From: a virus
Direction: 5' to 3' (one strand)
DNA length: 64,000 nt
IMG/VR virus record: IMGVR_UViG_3300046170_000299
Under the pieces are notes generated by a model. It was not told the origin of the DNA and made no database searches. It was given only the letters and a program-made list of their open reading frames with translations. Shown here piece after piece: positions 55,390 through 64,000 of this stretch. The position numbers were made by a program, and so were the translations under genes. Positions within the stretch are counted from its first letter, which is position 1. Each line of letters begins with the position of its first letter.

Positions 55390-56646
55390 ATGGCAAATTA
55401 CAATAGAATCAAATCCGCCAAGGCAGTTCCAATCGGAACAATTATGCCTTGGACGGGTTCATCAAGTACATCTGCTGTCGCAGAAGACGCAATCCCTTTT
55501 GGATATATTGTCTGTAGAGGACAAACTCTCAGAGCTCTTGATTATCCTCTGTTGGCACAACTGATAGGTAATACATATGGTCCTTATCAGGAAACTGGTG
55601 GTCCTGCAGTTGGTATCCAAAACCCATATCCATACTATGAAGAGGAAGATGTATTCATTCTCCCAAGTTTAAATAATTGTAGCATGGTTGATCTAGAATC
55701 TTCTAGACTTGATCCAGCTGATAATGCGGTTGTTGGCGCATATATCACAGAAAATGGTAATGATGCAGCACCGTTAAATCTTATTACATCTTATATCGAT
55801 GTGAATTTTTCTGTTGATCCATCAACAACTCTATCTGGTAAAATTACTGGAATTACTTTAAGCGATCCTGCATTCTTTGACACATTTAGAACTATACCAA
55901 GAAAATTAGGTATTGACCATACTCCTGCACATACTCATCCAAGACCTACAAATTCTGATGGTACTAATGGTTCTTATCCATCAGCTCAAACACAAGGAAC
56001 ATATGTTTCTACTTTTATGCCTGGTCAATATGATACACAAGGATCTGAATGGACAACTGTTACACCAGAACCACTTGGCAATGAAGGTACAGTTGATAAC
56101 TTTACTGCGAGTGAAGTATCACTCACATGGTATGATCCACTTGCAGATAGTTTAGTAGATTGTAGTACATTCCGTGATTTTACTTCTGCTTCACAAACAA
56201 TTCCACAAGCTAGAGCAACATCCAGTCCAAGAACTATTCAACAGTATTATACTATTGAAAACGCTTATGACGATGATTATTCATGTATCCCTCAAGTGGA
56301 TCAACCTGCAGTTTCTTTGCCATTCCCTCCAGAAGGAAGATATAATGGGGCTCAAAACTCATATGTAGGTGGTAGTAGTGTTACTAATGCAAGAAGACAA
56401 GGACCATATCCTACAACGTTAAATCATAATGCTGATCAGTGGGGGTCGCAGTCACTTGCATCTCATAATCATTTCACAATTGATCTATCAATGACAAGAG
56501 GTCAGTTGAGAATTCCAAGCACTACGCTCATAAATAATATGACAACGGGAACTATAGCACCTGTAAGTGTTGACAAGGCTTTAAGTGTGCAGATTAATCC
56601 CAATACCCCGTCACTTACTACTCTTGTTATAATGAGGGCATTCTAA
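55390..56646 (+). CDS. tail-collar-domain fibre protein
   Basis: PIGTIMPWTG...PFGYIVCRGQTL...YPLLAQLIGNTYG...F.LPSL. Confidence 0.88.
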   Translation: MANYNRIKSAKAVPIGTIMPWTGSSSTSAVAEDAIPFGYIVCRGQTLRALDYPLLAQLIGNTYGPYQETGGPAVGIQNPYPYYEEEDVFILPSLNNCSMVDLESSRLDPADNAVVGAYITENGNDAAPLNLITSYIDVNFSVDPSTTLSGKITGITLSDPAFFDTFRTIPRKLGIDHTPAHTHPRPTNSDGTNGSYPSAQTQGTYVSTFMPGQYDTQGSEWTTVTPEPLGNEGTVDNFTASEVSLTWYDPLADSLVDCSTFRDFTSASQTIPQARATSSPRTIQQYYTIENAYDDDYSCIPQVDQPAVSLPFPPEGRYNGAQNSYVGGSSVTNARRQGPYPTTLNHNADQWGSQSLASHNHFTIDLSMTRGQLRIPSTTLINNMTTGTIAPVSVDKALSVQINPNTPSLTTLVIMRAF

Positions 56647-58074
56647 ATGGCAGTATTCTATAATAGAGAAAAAGCAAAGATTGGAACTACTAGTGGTTCC
56701 ATCATTCACTGGTCGTATGAGTTAACCACTAATGATCCAGATAATGCTTCTACAAAAGAATTACTACCAGCTGGATATCTAAGGTGTGATGGTGCTATCT
56801 ATGCTGCAGATATTTTTCCAGAACTAGCAGCAATTTTAGGTGTTGGATCTCAGTCTAGATATAAAAAACCAAATGTCAACTTACTAGAGAATCAGTTCCA
56901 ATTACCTGATTATGGTTCTAAAAAGTTACGAGCATCATCTGGTGCTAACTTAGGACTAGAAGTTGATTTGAGAATTCAGGATGATAACAACCAAGAGATT
57001 ACAAAATCTGGTGTTGGATTAGAAGTACAGAGTAATATTGGTGAAGTATATGAAATATTATATCAGGGTAATTTCTTTATCCCGTCTCAAATAATTCCTG
57101 TTACTGGTGAACCAGGATTTGTAAGAAATACAGGTAACTATACAGAAACTATTGAAGTTCTTCCTAATGCTTTTATACCACATGCTCACTTCCATGACGG
57201 CAATAGAACTAGGGTAAGATCATCGATTGGAAATGAATTTAGTTCATTTGGCAGAAACTTTTATAGAAGAAAATCTACTCTATGTGTTGTTCCATGGTAT
57301 TATAATACTAGACAAGATCTTTGTGCTGTTGCATCTACTAGATTTAAATTGTCTGGTGTTAGTAATCCTGATGGATTTAGTAATGCATTACTTGGTAGCT
57401 GTACCAGATATGTTTATGGTGGTTGTTTACAAGGTTGTAATTTCTATATTCCACCACAGAACTATTGTTTAACACCAGATCTTGCTGATACAGATGTATT
57501 TAATAATGATACAATGTCTAGTTATGTACAGGGATTAATTGGCAGTGGAGACACTGAATCAGATGGAAGATGTTTATATCCAATGTGGTCTGGAACTAGT
57601 ATTGGTTGTGATGATAGTGAAGGATCTCAACCTCAAGATAATACCACATGTGGTACAGTAGACTACACAGGAACAATTTTTACCAAATGTGAACCATCTG
57701 GTTTAATTGGTGGTATTGTTTGTTCTGGTATGCCACAGATGGCGGGACCAACATCCTTAATTGGAGAGTTTTCTATACCAGGCAACTGGAAGTTTACAAA
57801 CGTTCCTTTTGATGGTAATAAAGATGGTGATAGAGAGGGCATTTCTGCTATCTCAAACACCACTACTGAAGTGCAACAATTTGGTAATGATGCTTCACAT
57901 AGACACTTTGTAAACTTTGAAGCACAACCACATACATATCAATTGAATACTGTGCCAACATTTATTCCAGCAGCTAACTTATCTTCTACATTGAAGATTA
58001 TAGTTAATGAGCAGAATAAAGCAGACCAGTTTATACAACCATATCTTGTCCAAGAGTTTCTAATCAAATACTGA
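56647..58074 (+). CDS. tail-collar-domain fibre protein with Cys-rich central region
   Basis: GSIIHW...PAGYLRCDGAIY....FPELAAILG...FQLPDY. Confidence 0.88.
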   Translation: MAVFYNREKAKIGTTSGSIIHWSYELTTNDPDNASTKELLPAGYLRCDGAIYAADIFPELAAILGVGSQSRYKKPNVNLLENQFQLPDYGSKKLRASSGANLGLEVDLRIQDDNNQEITKSGVGLEVQSNIGEVYEILYQGNFFIPSQIIPVTGEPGFVRNTGNYTETIEVLPNAFIPHAHFHDGNRTRVRSSIGNEFSSFGRNFYRRKSTLCVVPWYYNTRQDLCAVASTRFKLSGVSNPDGFSNALLGSCTRYVYGGCLQGCNFYIPPQNYCLTPDLADTDVFNNDTMSSYVQGLIGSGDTESDGRCLYPMWSGTSIGCDDSEGSQPQDNTTCGTVDYTGTIFTKCEPSGLIGGIVCSGMPQMAGPTSLIGEFSIPGNWKFTNVPFDGNKDGDREGISAISNTTTEVQQFGNDASHRHFVNFEAQPHTYQLNTVPTFIPAANLSSTLKIIVNEQNKADQFIQPYLVQEFLIKY

Positions 58075-61000
58075 TGACAGTTTCGTACAGAAATAAATTT
58101 ACTGCTTATAAGCAGGAACATGAAGCTAACTATGCTTCTATTGGATCCATTTTTCCTGTGCCAGTAGATACTTTTTCTACTGATCCAGCACATGCACTTG
58201 GTGGTGCAGGTTCTGGTGGTTTGAATATGGAGCATAGTTACAAAGGATATTTGTACTGTGACGGAAGTGAATTAAATATTAGAGATTATCCTCAATTATA
58301 TTCTACTATTAGAAACACTTACGGTGGATCTACAACTTCCAGACCAACACAGTCAGCAAATGCTGGTGGTATGAGAAGGATTTTATGGATTGGTAATAAA
58401 TGCTTTATCAATTTCTATAGAGATCCTGGTATTGCGAGTGGAAATAAACTACCATATCCATATGGAACAGCATTTAGAATGCAAGATGATACTGGTAGTA
58501 CACCAGCTGGACCAGGATTGGGATCTATGCCCTCAGGTGATTGGGAGTATTCTATATTTTATGTAACTAAAGTACCAACAGAAACTCTTAGTAGCGCACA
58601 ACTTCCATCAGGTGAATTTGCATATGAAATTGTATTTCCTGACACTATTGACCCAGCTACGTTACCTAAAAACAATGTAGATATTACTACTGGCACTCAT
58701 CCTACTATTCTACTTAATAAGTCTTTTACATTTGCTGATTCACCTCATCAGGTAGGAACATTTAATCTACCAGACTACAGAGATAGAATTATTGTAGGTA
58801 TTGGTGATGTAGATGGAGAAGGAACACCAACAGTAGAAAATGCATTGGTTAATAGTGTTGGACAAACTGGTGGTAGATGGTATATTTCAAAAGATCAAAT
58901 TTTAGACGGCGGGGTATTTTTTAGTGTTGGAGATGTAAGAACAACTGGATATCAAAATATTAGTGCTGATGTATTCACTTACGTTACTGGTAAGGTTGAA
59001 TTTAGAATTGGACCTATTGATGATCATATTTTCAATAGACCAGTAGAACATAATCATTATATTTTATCATCTATTGCTGATGATTCTGTTGATAATGAAA
59101 GAGATGGTGTACCTATCGATGAATTTGCTGTAAATTATACTACTCAAAGAGCTAATATACTACCATTTGAACCAGTTGGACAAGGTGGATTAGCATTAGG
59201 TCACTCACATGGATTAACTCGCGAGAAGTTAAACGATCCATCACTTGCAACTTTTGGTAATACACCAGGACCTGGTGGTGTTGATCCTAATCAACCTGCT
59301 GATATTTTTTGGGATGTCTCTGATCCAGAATTAGTTTCATACTTAACACCTATTAGTGGTGGTCGAATTGGATATGATGATGTTTCATTAGAACCACATG
59401 GTCCTGGAACAGGAGAGTGGGAAGGATTTGTTAAACCAGGAGTTGCACAAAGTAATGTCTATCTTGCTTTTGGATATCGTGCTACAGCAACTGGTTTTGA
59501 TAATCCAGATCAATTAAAATTAAGTAGAAGCGTCACATATACACTTGATTTCACTGGTTATACTCAACTTTACGTCTTTGCTGTTGCTGGTAATGATAGT
59601 AATGGTGGAGAACGTCCTAACAATGAAAATGAAGGATTATATTGTATTTTCAGTGATGGTACAGAACTTCGTCTTTTCCCATCTGTAAACGATTACAGAA
59701 TTGAAAATGGATTAGAAGGGGCAGAAGCATTTGCTTTATATGATGCTATTCACTCTAACTGGAGAGAATTTATTATTGATATTCCTACAGCATTACAAGA
59801 TCAACCAAATCAAAATATTCAATTAAAACAAACTCTCAGAGCAGGAACTGAACAAGATTCTGGTGTTCCAGCTGGCAATGACAATGCTAATGACATGTTG
59901 GGCATTCAAGGTATTGGACTACGTGGTGGTATTATTGAGGATCCACCAGAACCAGATGGTTGTTATCCTATTACTGGTAGTCCGATTGTTCCTGTTCTTA
60001 CAGCAGTATTTGATTCTGCTAACAATATTGTATTAGTCACCACACCAGAAGCACATGGATTTAGTAAAGGTGATTATATCACAATTCAAGGTGCAATACC
60101 AGAAGATCAAGGAATGTATAATGGAACGTTCCAAATTTTAGAGTCTCAGTTTTCTAGTACGGCATTTGCATATACACCAGAATCAACTCCTACACTTGGC
60201 CAAGCTTCTGGTACTGTTGCAGTTAGAATTGCTGCTGGTACATTTGAAGATGTAGTATCAACACCTTCTCCAAGATTATATGTTGTTGATGGACAAACTA
60301 AAATTGGTGGTAAAGCAGATGTATTTACACCACCTGGCACTGGTACAGTCTTCCAAAATGATGAACTAGTATCACAAGGATCATTTACTTTACCAGCAAT
60401 TGCTGCATCAGCTGGCGATGTAACACGAATTGATATTGTATTAAAAGCGCCTGGCGGTGGTGGTGGTGGAACTTCGGGTGATGGTGGCAATGGTGGATTT
60501 TCATATGCAACATTTGATATTGGTGGAGCTACTTACACTTGCTATGCATATGGCGGTAATGGCGGTAGTGCTGGTGACAATGGTGGTAATGGTGGTAATG
60601 GAGGAACATATCTAGTTCCTGCTGCTCTATTAGCTATGGATAATGTTTCTATCAGTGGTTCTTCAAATGGTGCTTCAGGAAGTAATGGTGGTAATTTTGG
60701 TAGTGGAACTATTAATGGTGGTTCAGGAAGTGGAGATGGAGGTGTAGGTGGTTTTGGAACATCTGGTACATTCACTATAACTACCGATACTGGATTTGTA
60801 ACACAAGGTGGATCATCATGGAATGCACCTTCTAATACTGGTGTTACAGCTAGAACCGTAACTATCAAAGCTGCTGGCGGCGGCGGTGGTGGTGGTAATG
60901 GAAATGGTAACTCTGGATGTAATAATAGTGCAAACGGTGGTAGTGGTGGTGCTGGTGCATTAGTTACTGCAAACCTTGGATTTGGTCCTACTAGTCTGAC

Positions 61001-62645
61001 GTGGACTACAGGAAGTGGTGGTGGGCAAGGATGGAATGATGTTGACTCTCTTGTTAGTGGAACTGGAACAGAATATCGGTTTGGTACAGGAGGTTCTGGT
61101 TCATCGCCAGGCGGTAACGCTGGACTTGGTTATTGGGGTAATGGTGCTTCAGGTGGTGGCGGTGGTGGATCCACTGGTATTTTCTGGGATGGTGCTATTC
61201 CTATTTGTGGCGCAGGCGGCGGTGGCGGCGGCGGTGGATCAGGTGGTGGTTTCAACGGTGGTGGTACTACTGATGGATGCTACGCTGGGGGTAACAACCA
61301 AGGTGCATCATCTAACTTAAATTCACAAACATCTGCACTCGACTTTACCTTTGGTGCTAATGGTACTACTGGTAACTGCACCGCTGGTGGCGGTGGAGGA
61401 GGCGGCGGTGGCGTCGGTATTGGTGGACAAGCTAACGGTGGTACTGGTGGACAAGCAGGTGTTGGACATAATGGTAATGGTGGTGGTACTGGTGGTGCTC
61501 GTGGTAGATCTGCTTACAGATCTGATTATTGTTCAGCATCATGGAGCACTGCAGGTAATGGTGGTAATCCAGGAAATTCTGGTGGTTCTGGATATGTTCA
61601 GATTAGAGTTCAAGATGAAAGTGAGCAGGATGGAAGACTAGGTGGTGGCGGTGGTCAAGGTGCTACATTAATCCTTTCTATTGCCAACGTTAATACATCT
61701 GTTACATGTGGTCTACAATCTGCTGGTTCTAATGGTGGTGATGGATCTGCAAACGGTGGTGTTGGTAATGTTACAGCAGAATTTAGAGGAACATTACCTG
61801 GCGAAGAAATAGAGGGAACTCTATCTAATCCTGAAGGTGGATATTATGAATGTGATTTAACAGGTGTACCTGGTGCTACAAGATTTGATGATGGTATTTG
61901 GAAACTTTCTAGTGCTGATGGTGATACTAAAGAAGTTCTTTTGAAACCAGTAACTCCTGGCAATGGAACTGGAAATAATGGTAAATTCCAGATGTCTACT
62001 AGTGGCAATGGTGATTCCCCAACATATGGTACTCGTTCTAATAGATACTTACCTTTTGCAGGTCCAGGTACTAGAGAATATACAATTGGTCCTTTAGATC
62101 TATCTAATGTAGAAAAGATTGAATGGTCAGTTATTCGTGGTACTAGTTTGAATGGTGGTGAAACACCTGACGAGGATCTTTTACTCTATTATAGTGTTGT
62201 TGGTTCATCAACAGTAAATCTATTAGGAGTTGTTAAATCTTCTACTGGTGGTGATTCAACTTGGTCAGAAACTTCTATAGATATTCCTGAAAATAGTAAT
62301 GCAAGAGCATCAGCAGTTGAATTATTTGTGAGACAAACTAGAGTTCTTACTCAAGATGATAACTCTGATCCTACTCTAGACAACTACGGTATCTCTGGCA
62401 TGGCACTATTTTATGGTGAGATTACAACTAGAGTATTCACACCAACAGATGGTACAGAAATTTGTGACATTGATTTTATTGACAGAACTGTTAATGTTAT
62501 TGAGTCTGGTTTATCTTCTGATGAGGGACTATTCACAATGAGTTCTTCCACACCTATTACAGTTACAGCAGAAGCTATTCCAGAAGTCAATATTCCTTTA
62601 ATTACAAAGTACCACAGAGTCAAGTACCTAATCAAAGCCGTCTAA
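58074..62645 (+). CDS. large tail-collar-domain fibre protein with Gly-rich tracts
   Basis: IGSIFP...GYLYCDGSELNIRDYPQLYSTIRNTYG...FNLPDYR; extensive GGGGG/GGNGG repeats at 60.4-61.8 kb. Confidence 0.9.
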   Translation: MTVSYRNKFTAYKQEHEANYASIGSIFPVPVDTFSTDPAHALGGAGSGGLNMEHSYKGYLYCDGSELNIRDYPQLYSTIRNTYGGSTTSRPTQSANAGGMRRILWIGNKCFINFYRDPGIASGNKLPYPYGTAFRMQDDTGSTPAGPGLGSMPSGDWEYSIFYVTKVPTETLSSAQLPSGEFAYEIVFPDTIDPATLPKNNVDITTGTHPTILLNKSFTFADSPHQVGTFNLPDYRDRIIVGIGDVDGEGTPTVENALVNSVGQTGGRWYISKDQILDGGVFFSVGDVRTTGYQNISADVFTYVTGKVEFRIGPIDDHIFNRPVEHNHYILSSIADDSVDNERDGVPIDEFAVNYTTQRANILPFEPVGQGGLALGHSHGLTREKLNDPSLATFGNTPGPGGVDPNQPADIFWDVSDPELVSYLTPISGGRIGYDDVSLEPHGPGTGEWEGFVKPGVAQSNVYLAFGYRATATGFDNPDQLKLSRSVTYTLDFTGYTQLYVFAVAGNDSNGGERPNNENEGLYCIFSDGTELRLFPSVNDYRIENGLEGAEAFALYDAIHSNWREFIIDIPTALQDQPNQNIQLKQTLRAGTEQDSGVPAGNDNANDMLGIQGIGLRGGIIEDPPEPDGCYPITGSPIVPVLTAVFDSANNIVLVTTPEAHGFSKGDYITIQGAIPEDQGMYNGTFQILESQFSSTAFAYTPESTPTLGQASGTVAVRIAAGTFEDVVSTPSPRLYVVDGQTKIGGKADVFTPPGTGTVFQNDELVSQGSFTLPAIAASAGDVTRIDIVLKAPGGGGGGTSGDGGNGGFSYATFDIGGATYTCYAYGGNGGSAGDNGGNGGNGGTYLVPAALLAMDNVSISGSSNGASGSNGGNFGSGTINGGSGSGDGGVGGFGTSGTFTITTDTGFVTQGGSSWNAPSNTGVTARTVTIKAAGGGGGGGNGNGNSGCNNSANGGSGGAGALVTANLGFGPTSLTWTTGSGGGQGWNDVDSLVSGTGTEYRFGTGGSGSSPGGNAGLGYWGNGASGGGGGGSTGIFWDGAIPICGAGGGGGGGGSGGGFNGGGTTDGCYAGGNNQGASSNLNSQTSALDFTFGANGTTGNCTAGGGGGGGGGVGIGGQANGGTGGQAGVGHNGNGGGTGGARGRSAYRSDYCSASWSTAGNGGNPGNSGGSGYVQIRVQDESEQDGRLGGGGGQGATLILSIANVNTSVTCGLQSAGSNGGDGSANGGVGNVTAEFRGTLPGEEIEGTLSNPEGGYYECDLTGVPGATRFDDGIWKLSSADGDTKEVLLKPVTPGNGTGNNGKFQMSTSGNGDSPTYGTRSNRYLPFAGPGTREYTIGPLDLSNVEKIEWSVIRGTSLNGGETPDEDLLLYYSVVGSSTVNLLGVVKSSTGGDSTWSETSIDIPENSNARASAVELFVRQTRVLTQDDNSDPTLDNYGISGMALFYGEITTRVFTPTDGTEICDIDFIDRTVNVIESGLSSDEGLFTMSSSTPITVTAEAIPEVNIPLITKYHRVKYLIKAV

Positions 62646-62680
62646 ATACTATGACGGTATGAGATCCCTAATCTAATACA

Positions 62681-63505
62681 ATGAACGAGTATTCTTCACA
62701 AGATGTAGCACTATATTTAAATGCCATTAATAGAACAATGGCAAAAAATGGTGTAACGAAAGTTATTACTGATGATTTCTGGAAAGACGAAATTGTCCCT
62801 ATTCTATATCCTATTTGGGATTCTGATAGGGATAAATTAGAAAGTTTTATCAGGTATAAGACTGGTGTCGCCTTGATGAACAAGAACAAGTTTCAAAGAA
62901 ATCAAAAAACAGGTGAATATAAGTGGGTTTCATATGAAATGAATCTCGATGCATTTGAGAAGGCAGAGATTGATGACTTATACACCAAGCTAGATGCAAA
63001 ATTTATTGAGTTTAGAGACTTAAGTGATATTGATCTTGAGGGTAAACTTGCTTCACAGTTTGCTGCTGATGAATACACAAACTGGACTAAGATTACAATA
63101 GTCAGAAATTTCCTACTTATGGATAGTGACTGGTCACAACTTGGAGATGCTCCTCTTACTGATGATGAGAAAGCACAGTGGGTTGCATATAGAAAGAAAT
63201 TAAGGGATATTCCACAAGAGCAACTATCAATTCCTCCTAGTAACGTTAAGTTTCCAATTAGTCCTAAGAAATATGCAGAAATGCTAGTTGAGAACTCTGA
63301 ATTGGGAGCGTATCTAGCATCTGATGAACAATTCTTCCACATTGCTCAGTCAGTGTATCGCAAGTTTGCTAGTAGATCAATGTCTTATATGGCAATGGCA
63401 ATCACTACTAAGCAAGTGGATGGAATGCCACAAAACAGAGTATACAGTGAGAGTAATACTCTTGATGCTATTTTACGAGCTATTGATGACGGAGGACTTG
63501 ACTGA
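62681..63505 (+). CDS. tail-fibre assembly chaperone-like protein
   Basis: VRNFLLMDSDWSQLGDAPL...W.AYRKKLRDIPQ motif. Confidence 0.8.
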   Translation: MNEYSSQDVALYLNAINRTMAKNGVTKVITDDFWKDEIVPILYPIWDSDRDKLESFIRYKTGVALMNKNKFQRNQKTGEYKWVSYEMNLDAFEKAEIDDLYTKLDAKFIEFRDLSDIDLEGKLASQFAADEYTNWTKITIVRNFLLMDSDWSQLGDAPLTDDEKAQWVAYRKKLRDIPQEQLSIPPSNVKFPISPKKYAEMLVENSELGAYLASDEQFFHIAQSVYRKFASRSMSYMAMAITTKQVDGMPQNRVYSESNTLDAILRAIDDGGLD

Positions 63506-63894
63506 TGGCACTTATCTCTTTAAATCCAAAAACAATTGGTGAAATGTGTGCTCGTTTAGCAGAGCTAGAGAACAAATTTGTTATGGTAGTAGATAATACT
63601 GCATATGATTCAATGTCTTCTGATAATAAAGCATTGATGTATGCATATTATAAGAGTGTAGACGAGAATGGTGAAGCACAATGGATCATTCCTGAGAGTG
63701 AGATTGATGAAATCTTCGCACAAAAGCATACATTTTATGTGTTCAAGACTGAGCAGATTGCTGTAGACAATTGCTGTGACTGGTTCCCACAACCACAAAA
63801 TTTACCAAACGCAGCATTTAGAATTCCTGCATATATTGTCAAACCTAATGGGACAATCCCTTACATCAACGAAGATCCTTCAAATCCTGGTTGA
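63505..63894 (+). CDS. hypothetical protein
   Basis: TGATG-coupled 129-aa ORF ending DWFPQPQNL. Confidence 0.8.
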   Translation: MALISLNPKTIGEMCARLAELENKFVMVVDNTAYDSMSSDNKALMYAYYKSVDENGEAQWIIPESEIDEIFAQKHTFYVFKTEQIAVDNCCDWFPQPQNLPNAAFRIPAYIVKPNGTIPYINEDPSNPG

Positions 63895-63919
63895 CACGCC
63901 ATCGATGGTGTGATAGGAT
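63891..63919 (+). promoter_or_regulatory. sigma70-type promoter with palindromic spacer
   Basis: TTGACA-17-TAGGAT; spacer contains CCATCGATGG. Confidence 0.65.
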
Positions 63920-63940
63920 GACCTCATCTAGCATTCAACT

Positions 63941-64000
63941 ATGAAGGTTCCCACCAAACCAGAACTCACACATATGCAGATCCAAGCTATTTTAAGGGAA
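63941..64000 (+). CDS. hypothetical protein (3'-truncated)
   Basis: MKVPTKPELTHMQIQAILRE runs off the window. Confidence 0.6.
   Translation, partial: MKVPTKPELTHMQIQAILRE

Noticed and set aside
60440-61780. GGT/GGC tandem repeats as a possible CRISPR or satellite array
   Set aside because: In-frame glycine codons of a fibre protein; no fixed repeat-spacer period. No CRISPR array or cas gene was seen in the window.
41080-62645. Many 60-140 aa antisense and alternative-frame ORFs in the track
   Set aside because: Shadow ORFs from codon bias in long genes; no RBS, promoter or recognisable motif.
63897-63913. Palindromic spacer CCATCGATGG as an operator
   Set aside because: Only 10 bp perfect, a single occurrence, and no candidate regulator visible; listed only as part of the promoter feature.

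Overview
A 64-kb segment of a T4-like marine cyanophage (Kyanoviridae-type myovirus, probably infecting Synechococcus). Order: tail-fibre genes (1-6 kb); a cluster of membrane and secreted proteins (6-10 kb); photosynthesis and auxiliary metabolic genes (two hli, 2OG-Fe(II) oxygenase, psbA, petF, psbD); a nitrogen-regulated cassette at about 16.5-17 kb; thyX, phoH, exonuclease, gp33, gp32; baseplate and tail genes (gp53, gp48, gp2, gp4, gp54-like, gp26/gp51, tape-measure-like, hub, cp12, gp5); an outer-membrane-protein gene, tRNA-Leu, cpeT, tRNA-Thr and a manA-like RNA; then a 4768-aa virion protein and three tail-collar fibre genes. Most notable: (1) the 4768-aa protein has about 7 tandem repeats that align by eye with the phycobiliprotein (globin-like) fold, with Cys at positions equivalent to both the alpha/beta-84 and beta-155 bilin sites, 1.9 kb downstream of the phage's own T-type bilin lyase; (2) a probable programmed -1 frameshift joining gp26 to gp51 just upstream of the tape-measure-like gene; (3) an NtcA box plus tandem glutamine-riboswitch-like elements (the second enclosing a 54-codon ORF) ahead of a DUF4278/GifB-like gene. 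About a dozen frameshifts, mostly +1 insertions in short homopolymers, look like sequencing error. All family assignments come from motif recognition by eye, not database searches.
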